DNA from: Synechococcus sp. A15-28
GTDB lineage: Bacteria > Cyanobacteriota > Cyanobacteriia > PCC-6307 > Cyanobiaceae
NCBI RefSeq assembly: GCF_014280175.1
Contig: NZ_CP047931.1
Location: 2,280,001 to 2,312,000, forward strand
Direction: 5' to 3'
DNA length: 32,000 nucleotides
Shown here: positions 16,906 to 24,261 of the stretch, one piece after another
Numbering within the stretch: position 1 is the first letter of the stretch
Layout of the letters: each line of letters begins with the position of its first letter
Notes under the pieces: generated by a model
What the model saw: the letters and a program-made list of their open reading frames with translations, nothing else
What the model was told of the DNA's origin: nothing
The model's database searches: none
Program-made: the position numbers and the translations under genes

Positions 16906-18585
16906 TTATACACCGTCCCTATCAATTTGTTTGCTGACATAGCCCAACGGATCAGTAGGGTCAAAGCTGTCGTATGCAAGCTTCTCAGTCTTGAACGAAC
17001 GGGAGGGAGGATTGAAACCCAGCTCCCTTTCCAAAGATTGAGCTTCATTTGTTAGGAATATTGCGGCACTATTAGCATTAAAGTCACCAGCTTTAATTGC
17101 GTCAGCAGCTCCTCCAAGGTCCCATCGTACAAGTTGAGACTGAATCCAATGTGAAAAGCTTTGCCAAGGATAAGGTTTAAAATCTATTCTGTCAGGAACA
17201 TTTTTCTTATTGCCCAAGCCGTCATCGAACTTGCCTGTCAAAACAGCTTCAACGACTTTAGTCGGTTGGTTTAGGAAGGCGCGGCCAGAAATATATTTCG
17301 CAATTTCAGATCTGTTAGTAGGATTTGTTGCATAATTCGCAGCTTCAATAATAGATTTATTGATGGCTTTAAAAGTATTTGGATGCTTGTTAATCCAGGG
17401 TTCACCCGCAGCGAAAGCGCAGCATGGATGACCAACCCAAAGATCCTTAGTTAGAAGGTGAATAAAACCAACACCTTCAAACACAGCTCTTTGATTAAAT
17501 GGATCAGGCATCAAATATGCATCGATATCACCTGCAACCATCTGGGCAACACTATCCGGTGGTGGTACAGGGCGAATTTGTACATCCTTGTCAGGATCAA
17601 CTCCACCCTTAGCGAGGTAATATCTAAGTAGTAAATTATGCATCGAGTATGGAAATGGTACTCCGAACACAAAGCCTTTCATATCTGCGGCAGATTTAAC
17701 TGTATCCTTGTGACGATTAGCTACAGTTATTGCTTGTCCGTTGATATTTTCAATACTGGCTAGTTTGACGCTGAATGGAGAAGTTCCCAATCCCAAAGTC
17801 ATAGAGATAGGCATTGGAGCGAGCATGTGATAAGCATCAAGCTCACCTGCAATGGCCGAATCGCGAACAGCTCCCCAACTTGGCATTTTCACAACCTTAC
17901 ATTTCAACCCATTAGATTTATAAAAACCCATAGGTTCTGACATGATTATCGGTGTTGCACATGTAATTGGAATGAATCCAATCTTCAAGTTAGTTTTCTC
18001 TAATTTACCGCCGGCATGACCTGCTGCATGAGCATCTTGAGTATCTAAGCCTGCGCTATTGGCAATTGTTATCATGGCCGCACCAGCAGCCAATCCTTTG
18101 AGAAATGACCTTCTTCCAAAAGGGGAACTAGAGTGAATAGAGGCAAAGAATTCACCTGCTTGAGGACCAAAGGCTGCTGCCATCGCTTGATCTAATCCAC
18201 CGGCTTCTTCAGCTAGTGCCCGCAAAAGCTTTTCCTTGGCAGGATCACCTTGAGAAGCGTTCTTATAAAAAAGAATCTCTCTAAGCTCCGCTGATGAAAC
18301 AGCCTCAGCGACTTCTACAGCATCGGCTTTAATCAAACCCATTTTATAAAAATCATCCATCAAATCCTCAGGATCTGAAGGCATATCTTCGGTAAAATCT
18401 TGATGATCTGGACTAAATGGCCGGCACTCTACACAGAAGCAAAACAAACCATGACCGGTTTGTGGTTGAAAGGAAGGAGAATTTGATGTAGCTTCTGTAG
18501 TGCTATTACATTGAAGCTGTGACTTAAGGATCTCAGCGGCAGTCTGAGTTGTTGTTGATGCATGCGAGGTGAAAAGATTCGACAC
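16906..18585 (-). CDS. cynA: cyanate-type ABC transporter substrate-binding protein (CynA/NrtA family) with a long N-terminal extension
   Basis: NrtA/CmpA-like body (KIGFIPITCATPI..., HPCCAFAAGEPW). The twin-arginine motif GRRSFLKGLAAGAA sits at residues 157-170 of the ORF. The start is uncertain: GTG 18585, ATG 18384, ATG 18360/18342 or ATG 18183. Confidence 0.85.
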   Translation of the reverse strand: MSNLFTSHASTTTQTAAEILKSQLQCNSTTEATSNSPSFQPQTGHGLFCFCVECRPFSPDHQDFTEDMPSDPEDLMDDFYKMGLIKADAVEVAEAVSSAELREILFYKNASQGDPAKEKLLRALAEEAGGLDQAMAAAFGPQAGEFFASIHSSSPFGRRSFLKGLAAGAAMITIANSAGLDTQDAHAAGHAGGKLEKTNLKIGFIPITCATPIIMSEPMGFYKSNGLKCKVVKMPSWGAVRDSAIAGELDAYHMLAPMPISMTLGLGTSPFSVKLASIENINGQAITVANRHKDTVKSAADMKGFVFGVPFPYSMHNLLLRYYLAKGGVDPDKDVQIRPVPPPDSVAQMVAGDIDAYLMPDPFNQRAVFEGVGFIHLLTKDLWVGHPCCAFAAGEPWINKHPNTFKAINKSIIEAANYATNPTNRSEIAKYISGRAFLNQPTKVVEAVLTGKFDDGLGNKKNVPDRIDFKPYPWQSFSHWIQSQLVRWDLGGAADAIKAGDFNANSAAIFLTNEAQSLERELGFNPPSRSFKTEKLAYDSFDPTDPLGYVSKQIDRDGV

Positions 18586-18607
18586 AAATCGAGTTCATAG
18601 TTCTACA

Positions 18608-18650
18608 TTTATAGTTGGAAAGCGAACGCGGATGTTGTATCAGGTGATAC
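18608..18650 (-). promoter_or_regulatory. NtcA-type activated promoter upstream of cynA
   Basis: A perfect GTA-N8-TAC (GTATCAGGTGATAC) lies at 18637-18650. On the minus strand, 23 nt downstream, is TATAAA (18613-18608). The predicted transcription start is about 18600, just upstream of the cynA ORF. Confidence 0.55.
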
Positions 18651-18869
18651 TCATAGCAAAATTTGTCAGAATTGTCTCACTTGCTACATTAATCGGCTGT
18701 TCAATTTATTAGAGAGAAAGGTAGTTCTCCAGATAACATTTGTTGGATGCCCTAAACAGTATGCGCTTAAACTTAAAATTATACTTATTGCAACAATGAG
18801 TGAATTTTTATTATTGGAAATTTATTATATTTGAGAGAAGATCTGCTGCGCAGATCAATCGCCTTAAGA

Positions 18870-19073
18870 CTAAAGGGTATCTTCTTTAGGATCTTTGTCC
18901 TCCAAGACAACTACATCAATTTCTTTCTTAAATTCACCAGAGGCGGATCTAAAACCGCCCAAATATTTAGCCAAATATTTTCCTACTTTGGGCAAACTAT
19001 TAGGCCCTAAGACTAATAAAAAAATAAGGCATATAATTAGTAGCTCAGGAAAACCTAATCCAAAAAAGCTCAT
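18870..19073 (-). CDS. tatA: TatA/TatE-family twin-arginine translocase subunit
   Basis: 67 aa: MSFFGLGFPELLIICLIFLLVLGPNSLPKVGKYLAKYLGGFRSASGEFKKE... This matches the TatA architecture of a short N-tail, one TM helix, a hinge Gly-Pro, an amphipathic helix and an acidic tail. Confidence 0.8.
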   Translation of the reverse strand: MSFFGLGFPELLIICLIFLLVLGPNSLPKVGKYLAKYLGGFRSASGEFKKEIDVVVLEDKDPKEDTL

Positions 19074-19481
19074 TTGTGATTTAACGATAATTTATAATAG
19101 CTGTGCCGGTAAGTTCATCAAGTTGATTTTAGACATATTTAAGATTACCAATTTTGCTTTTGTAAGATTACTATCGAACGGTATACGTGCATAATGTAAA
19201 GTCATGCAGTAAACAATATAATTAATTGATTTACAGGCAATCAATTAGCTGGCACATTCTCCTAATATTCGGCTTCAAAAGTATATGATCGTTTGTGGTA
19301 TTCTCTTAATTCATTGCTTATTTAACCACTCAGACTTCAAAATAGTATAAGGATATATAACTTTATCTCAAATGCCTTATTACAATCAAAAAAGAGTCGA
19401 GTTCTGGTTGGTACAGACGTGAAAGTAAAATACCGACAGGTTGATAGAAAATCGTAATTGTTAACCGACAACGAATTCTTA

Positions 19482-19495
19482 GTAGAACTGGATAC
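19482..19495. promoter_or_regulatory. NtcA-box-like palindrome in the AT-rich spacer
   Basis: Perfect GTAGAACTGGATAC (GTA-N8-TAC). The -10 candidates TAGATA and TAAATT lie 24-28 nt downstream on the + strand, which is not ideal spacing. A chance occurrence is plausible at this base composition. Confidence 0.3.
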
Positions 19496-19584
19496 CATTT
19501 AATTACAATTAATGAGGTTTAGATAAATTCAGCATACATCATTTGTCTAGAGCGAGTAGTAATCATTTACCTATGTAACCATAA

Positions 19585-19743
19585 ATGAAAAATCATACGC
19601 TCAGATTCAGCAAGCCTAAAATAGGGAAAATGATATGTGATATATTCATACGATACCAAGACTATATGGTAGAATTGTTGTGTTCGTTTCTACACAATGA
19701 AGAATTACATCTTGAAACCAAAAAAACTACTTACGCTAAATAA
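19585..19743 (+). CDS. 52-codon small ORF immediately upstream of the HEAT-like gene (not in the supplied track)
   Basis: Read by hand: MKNHTLRFSKPKIGKMICDIFIRYQDYMVELLCSFLHNEELHLETKKTTYAK*. The TAA at 19741-19743 is followed by 2 nt and then the ATG at 19746, in a different frame. Confidence 0.2.
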   Translation: MKNHTLRFSKPKIGKMICDIFIRYQDYMVELLCSFLHNEELHLETKKTTYAK

Positions 19744-19745
19744 CC

Positions 19746-20471
19746 ATGAAGGATACTGAATCAGATCTGTGGGAGAGACTCGGCAATTCACGTAAGGTTC
19801 CCTTGGATCCTTGTTGGTTAGAAAATGTCTATTCGCCCAACCTTGCTACTGATCTGCGGCTAGCTCTCTGTGAAAAAATGGGTATGCTTGCAGATCGTGG
19901 CTGGCCTACTATTGAACATTTACTGCAACGCTATGGCGACATGCCTGATTTGGTGATGGCCGCAGGACTCTGCCATCAAATTGAGGCCCGTGAATGGTTA
20001 CTGGAATTGCTCAAGCGCAGCAATTATAATGAAAAACTTCAACTAACTGCAGTTCAATCGCTTGGTTGTTGGGGTGCTGAAGTTCCCGAAGCAATCGTCA
20101 CTCATTGCTTACATCATCCTGGTCAAAATTTTCGACTCGCTGGTCTTCAATTGCTGGAATTTCGCTCACATCTTCTAACAGATCACCAACTATTGGATTA
20201 CTGTAATGAAGCACTCAACGATTTTCGGGATTCAGTTGTTATTGCAGCAATCCGTATAATTCAGCGTCGTGACAGTAAAGAAATCTGCAAACAATTATTT
20301 TGTTTGTGTCAAGAAGACTCTGACGAAGTCGCATTTACCGCACTCCGTGCTCTTAGCTGTATAGCATCCGAAAATAGCAAAAAATATCTACTAAAACTTA
20401 GTAAAACCCTAAAAAGTGAATCAAGACGATTATTAGCCCAAAAAAAACTTAACGAACAGTTTAGATCTTAA
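19746..20471 (+). CDS. HEAT/ARM-like helical repeat protein, function unknown
   Basis: 241 aa and all-helical in appearance, with repeating units of about 30-35 aa (e.g. LQLTAVQSLGCWG, FRLAGLQLLEF, SVVIAAIRIIQR, EVAFTALRALSCI). This resembles PBS-lyase-type HEAT repeats. Confidence 0.55.
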   Translation: MKDTESDLWERLGNSRKVPLDPCWLENVYSPNLATDLRLALCEKMGMLADRGWPTIEHLLQRYGDMPDLVMAAGLCHQIEAREWLLELLKRSNYNEKLQLTAVQSLGCWGAEVPEAIVTHCLHHPGQNFRLAGLQLLEFRSHLLTDHQLLDYCNEALNDFRDSVVIAAIRIIQRRDSKEICKQLFCLCQEDSDEVAFTALRALSCIASENSKKYLLKLSKTLKSESRRLLAQKKLNEQFRS

Positions 20472-20515
20472 AGCCCAATAACAATTGGACTTTAGATAAG
20501 TCGAAAGCCTAAGTT

Positions 20516-20950
20516 TTACCATTTCTTGTAGGGTAAAAACTTACCACACATTACAATTTTGACACGATCACCTTTAGGGTCCTCAACTTTATCGACATCT
20601 ATAGTGAAATCAATAGCACTCATAATTCCATCTCCGAAATGCTCCTGAATTACATCTTTCAGAGGCATGCCATACACCTGCATGATCTCGTAAAAACGAT
20701 AAATCAAAGGATCAGTGGGAATCACTGGCTCAAGGCTTCCCTTGGTTGGGTACTCCTGCAGTGCCGCTGTTGTTTCTGCATCAAGGGATAACAAACCAGC
20801 AAGTTTCTCGGCCTCCTCCTTCGAGGCCGTCGCTTGGCCATAGAACAAAGATGCAACCCAAACCTCATCGAGACCAATAGCCGCCTCGAGATCAGCAAAA
20901 CTCATACCTTTGGCCTTTTTGGCGGCCATCAACGTGGCTGTTAAAGACAT
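20516..20950 (-). CDS. cynS: cyanase (cyanate hydratase)
   Basis: Near-invariant cyanase C-terminal domain: [72 protein letters not shown] prefer the ATG at 20950 ([15 protein letters not shown]...) over the one at 20980. Confidence 0.95.
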   Translation of the reverse strand: MSLTATLMAAKKAKGMSFADLEAAIGLDEVWVASLFYGQATASKEEAEKLAGLLSLDAETTAALQEYPTKGSLEPVIPTDPLIYRFYEIMQVYGMPLKDVIQEHFGDGIMSAIDFTIDVDKVEDPKGDRVKIVMCGKFLPYKKW

Positions 20951-21105
20951 AACGGTTAAGCGAACAATGAACTGCCTCAAAGCAGCATTCCAGATCGGAA
21001 CGTCTCAGCAGCATCGTAAGTGTCACCCAGCAAATGCACTCAAAATGCAGCAACGGCGACCAAATCAATTCATCGTTTTGATGCATCGTATACAACAGAC
21101 ACGTT

Positions 21106-21153
21106 CCCGTGACGCTGCAACCCCGTGACGCTGCAACCCCGTGACGCTGCAAC
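21106..21153. repeat. perfect 3 x 16-bp direct tandem repeat (CCCGTGACGCTGCAAC)
   Basis: Units lie at 21106-21121, 21122-21137 and 21138-21153 and are identical. They are followed by A7 (21154-21160) and an AT-rich stretch. The repeat sits at the right compositional junction, upstream of cynS. Confidence 0.95.
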
Positions 21154-21354
21154 AAAAAAATCATATTATAATTATGTGGGTCAGTTCTTTCGGGAAATCT
21201 CGTCATTGTTGTTCAGCCAACAATTGCAAGCAAAACCGGCCATCAACCTCGCCCTCGAGCGTCTGTACTACGCCGATGGTCGTCACAACCCCGACCATCC
21301 CCGGCACGGCAGCTTCGATGGACTGAATGTCCTGCCACAAAGCTAGGACGATTA

Positions 21355-21368
21355 GTATCAATCACTAC
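21355..21368 (+). promoter_or_regulatory. NtcA box upstream of the TrpD2-like gene
   Basis: Perfect GTATCAATCACTAC (GTA-N8-TAC). Its centre is about 58 nt upstream of the GTG start at 21420, which is the right geometry for a class-II activated promoter. The -10 region (about 21389-21396, CTGAACAC) is poor. Confidence 0.4.
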
Positions 21369-21419
21369 GTTCACGGGGTCCGGCACTCCTGAACACTTCG
21401 CTCAGCTGAAGGGACATCT

Positions 21420-22490
21420 GTGACCAGCGCCATCGTCAACGGTCGGGAACGCTTCAAGCAGCACCTGCGCAAAGTTGGCAGTGGTGAGCACACCAGCAAG
21501 GGGATGAGCAGGGAGGAGGCTGCCGATGCGCTCCATCTCATGCTCGATGGGGTGGCATCCCCAGCTCAAATCGGAGCCTTCCTGATCGCCCATCGCATCC
21601 GCCGGCCGGAGCCTCAGGAACTCACCGGCATGCTCGATACCTACCGCAGACTTGGTCCTGTGCTGACCAGTGCAGAGGGTCAGCGGCCGCCTCTCTGTTT
21701 CGGCATGCCCTTTGACGGTCGCACACGCACGGCCCCTATCTACCCACTCACCACGCTGGTGCTGCTCGCCTGCGGTCAGCCCGTGGTGCTGCAAGGGGGG
21801 GATCGCATGCCGATCAAATACGGCGTCACCGCAATTGATCTGTTCCGAATACTGGGCCTTGACCTGGCGGGTCTCTCCATAGCCACTGTCCAAGACGGCT
21901 TCGAGCAGACCGGGTTTGCACTGATCCACCAGCCCGACCATTTCGCCATCGCCGAAAGCCTGATCGGTTACCGCGAGGAACTGGGCAAACGTCCTCCAGT
22001 GGCCAGTCTTGAACTGCTGTGGACACCCCATCAAGGCAACCACCTGCTGGTAAGTGGTTTCGTTCATCCCCCCACGGAAAGCCGCGCCTGGGAGGCCCTC
22101 AAGCTGGCCGGCGAAACCAATCTGCTCACGGTGAAGGGTCTGGAAGGTGGCACCGATCTCCCCATCGGGCGGGCCTGCATCACCGCAAGGGTTCAGCAGG
22201 GCCAGGCCGAACGGCTGATTCTTCACCCTCGAGACCATGGCTGCCATGCAGCGGATGTGGAGTGGAGCGACGAAACGGCCTGGACGGAAAAGGCCCTTGC
22301 GGCACTCGACAACCGTGGCCCACTCCTGGATGCCCTGCGCTGGAATGCCGGGGCTTACCTCTGGTTCAGCGGCCTCAGCGACAGCCTTGAATCAGGCCTG
22401 CAAACAGCTGATGGCGTGCTGAAAACAGGCCAAGCCCTGCAATGCCTCGATCAGCTGCGGTCCTGGAGAAGCCATTTATCCATCCGATAG
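21420..22490 (+). CDS. anthranilate phosphoribosyltransferase-family (glycosyltransferase family 3, TrpD2-like) protein
   Basis: 356 aa. The N-terminal helical domain SREEAADALHLMLDG.ASPAQIGAFLIAHRIRRPEPQEL is typical of the family. The TrpD catalytic KHGN/GTGGD-type motifs are not evident, so this is a paralogue rather than TrpD. Confidence 0.75.
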   Translation: MTSAIVNGRERFKQHLRKVGSGEHTSKGMSREEAADALHLMLDGVASPAQIGAFLIAHRIRRPEPQELTGMLDTYRRLGPVLTSAEGQRPPLCFGMPFDGRTRTAPIYPLTTLVLLACGQPVVLQGGDRMPIKYGVTAIDLFRILGLDLAGLSIATVQDGFEQTGFALIHQPDHFAIAESLIGYREELGKRPPVASLELLWTPHQGNHLLVSGFVHPPTESRAWEALKLAGETNLLTVKGLEGGTDLPIGRACITARVQQGQAERLILHPRDHGCHAADVEWSDETAWTEKALAALDNRGPLLDALRWNAGAYLWFSGLSDSLESGLQTADGVLKTGQALQCLDQLRSWRSHLSIR

Positions 22491-22918
22491 CGCTTGAACG
22501 GGACGCCTCCGATGCTGATGGTTTCTGGAGCCTGCACACGCCAACCGCAGCGTTCCAGCAACGGACGACTCAACTGACTCGCTTCGGTGCGCAACCGCTC
22601 CACCCCCTCATGGCGGGCATCGGCCTCAATCTGGTCCAGCAAGGCGCGGCCATGGCCCTGGCGGCAAGCCCGTCCTCGGCAATAAAGCAAAGACAAGCGA
22701 TCCCTCGGTTCACGGATGGCAAAGGCAGCGTCGTGACCGCTAATCCACCCCTGCCCCTCCAGGAAGGTGCGATCCAGGATCCCGGGCAACCAGGCCAGAG
22801 CCGCCCAGGCGCGGACCTGGTCTGAGGAATAGAGCCCCGGAGCCTGACTCTCGATGGCATCCGCGTAGATCTCCCGCAGCAGGGGGTGATCAGCGGACCC
22901 GATCGGGCGGAGTGGCAT
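22451..22918 (-). CDS. GNAT-family N-acetyltransferase
   Basis: 155 aa with an acetyl-CoA motif-A-like RGRACRQGHGRALLDQIEADAR. It is convergent with the TrpD2-like gene and overlaps it by 40 nt. Confidence 0.75.
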   Translation of the reverse strand: MPLRPIGSADHPLLREIYADAIESQAPGLYSSDQVRAWAALAWLPGILDRTFLEGQGWISGHDAAFAIREPRDRLSLLYCRGRACRQGHGRALLDQIEADARHEGVERLRTEASQLSRPLLERCGWRVQAPETISIGGVPFKRYRMDKWLLQDRS

Positions 22919-22965
22919 GCCATCGGCCTGTGGGAATGTGAGTCTCCTTCAACCGCCGGTCGCCT

Positions 22966-24216
22966 TTGCAGCGCCCCCGTATCCCCACCCTGCTCAGCGC
23001 GTTTCTGACGCTGCTGAACGATCGACTGAGCGAGAGCATTTTTTTACCGCTGTTGCCCTTTCTGCTGGCGGACTTCAGCAGCAGCGGCAGCACCGTCGGT
23101 CTGCTGTCGGGGACTTACGCCCTCTCTCAATTCGCCGTGGCGCCACTGATCGGTGCCCTCAGTGATCGCTTCGGCCGCAAACCGGTGATCAGCATTTGTG
23201 TGGGTGGCTCCGTCGTCGGCATGGGACTGTTCGCCACCACCCTGACAGTGCCCTGGCAGCAAATCTGGCCCGGAGCTGCCGCAGCAGGCGTCCCCCTGGC
23301 TCTGCTGTTCACAGCCCGGATCATCGATGGCATCAGCGGCGGAACGGCCGCCACCGCCACCGCCGTGCTGGCGGACGTCACAACACCGGAGAACCGTGCC
23401 AAAGCTTTTGGACTGATCGGTGTTGCCTTCGGTCTGGGCTTTGCCCTTGGACCAGGCCTCGGTGGTGTGCTCGGTGAAATGAACCGCATCCTCCCCGCCT
23501 GGGGTGCCACCGGGTTTGCCGTCGTGAACCTGGTGATGGTGAGTCTGTTGCTGCCGGAAACCCATCCCCTTGAGGCCCGTAAACCTCTGCCGCGCAAGCG
23601 AGCCCTCAACCCTGTATCGCTGCTTCAGCGGGTGTTTGCCCGTCCGGACGTGCGGCGTCTGGCCCTGGCCTTCTTCGGCTTCTTCATGGCCTTCAACGGC
23701 TTCACCACGGTTCTTGTGCTTTATCTGCGCAACGCCTTCAACTGGACGGAAGGGATGGCGGGAGCCGCCTTTGCCCTGGTGGGCGTGATCGCCATGGTGG
23801 TGCAGGGAGGACTGATCGGCCCGCTGGTGAAGCGATTCGGCGAACTCCGTCTCACCCTGGCGGGTCTGGGACTGCTCAGCGTGGGTTGCCTAATGGTGCC
23901 GCTCGCCACGGAAGAGACATCGATGCCGGTCATCTACAGCGCCGTCGCCCTGCTGGCGCTGGGCACCGGCCTGGTCACGCCTTGTCTGCGGGCGCTGGTC
24001 TCGAAACGACTAACGCGGGATGGTCAGGGAGCAGCCCTGGGAGGACTGCAGGGACTCCAGAGTCTCGGCACCTTTCTGGGGGCATCCGCTGCAGGATTCA
24101 GCTATGACCGTCTGGGACAGACGAGTCCCTTCTGGATCGGTGCTCTGGTGCTGTTCGGCGTTGCTGGTCTGGTGGCTGGTGCCCCCCGTTCAGCCACGGT
24201 TGAAACACGAATCTGA
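22966..24216 (+). CDS. MFS transporter (drug:H+ antiporter-like)
   Basis: About 12 predicted TM segments and MFS motif A, GALSDRFGRKPV. The start is uncertain: the earliest candidate is a TTG at 22966. Confidence 0.85.
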   Translation: MQRPRIPTLLSAFLTLLNDRLSESIFLPLLPFLLADFSSSGSTVGLLSGTYALSQFAVAPLIGALSDRFGRKPVISICVGGSVVGMGLFATTLTVPWQQIWPGAAAAGVPLALLFTARIIDGISGGTAATATAVLADVTTPENRAKAFGLIGVAFGLGFALGPGLGGVLGEMNRILPAWGATGFAVVNLVMVSLLLPETHPLEARKPLPRKRALNPVSLLQRVFARPDVRRLALAFFGFFMAFNGFTTVLVLYLRNAFNWTEGMAGAAFALVGVIAMVVQGGLIGPLVKRFGELRLTLAGLGLLSVGCLMVPLATEETSMPVIYSAVALLALGTGLVTPCLRALVSKRLTRDGQGAALGGLQGLQSLGTFLGASAAGFSYDRLGQTSPFWIGALVLFGVAGLVAGAPRSATVETRI

Positions 24217-24261
24217 TTGCTACGTTTCGGCTGACCCCGCAGATCCAGCTCCAAACCTCCC

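Larger units (their letters stand above)
6350..21160. other. compositionally distinct low-GC block (~14.8 kb) inside high-GC sequence
   Basis: There is a step change in base composition at about 6.32-6.40 kb and about 21.10-21.18 kb. Sampled 60-nt lines give 19-25 G+C inside the block and 40-44 in the flanks. No mobility genes lie at either edge. Confidence 0.85.

Noticed and set aside
15258-18585. Alternative call of the ABC transporter as nitrate (NrtABCD) or bicarbonate (CmpABCD)
   Set aside because: There is only one ATPase gene of 288 aa, with no NrtC-type second ATPase carrying a C-terminal NrtA-like domain, and cynS lies nearby. A cyanate-type CynABD is the better fit, although substrate specificity cannot be proven from sequence.
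20472-20515. Small hairpin CCAAT-aaca-ATTGG between the convergent HEAT-like gene and cynS, considered as a bidirectional terminator
   Set aside because: It has only a 5-bp AT-rich stem and no adjoining U-tract, which is too weak to call.
21402-22247. 281-aa minus-strand ORF; similar cases at 26761-27573, 24220-24765, 2783-3436, 936-1379, 1443-1952 and 23044-23609
   Set aside because: Each is antisense to or overlaps a motif-supported gene (TrpD2-like, sigma factor, ppk, SDR, moeA, MFS). All have Arg/Pro/Gly/Ala-rich composition typical of non-coding frames in high-GC DNA.
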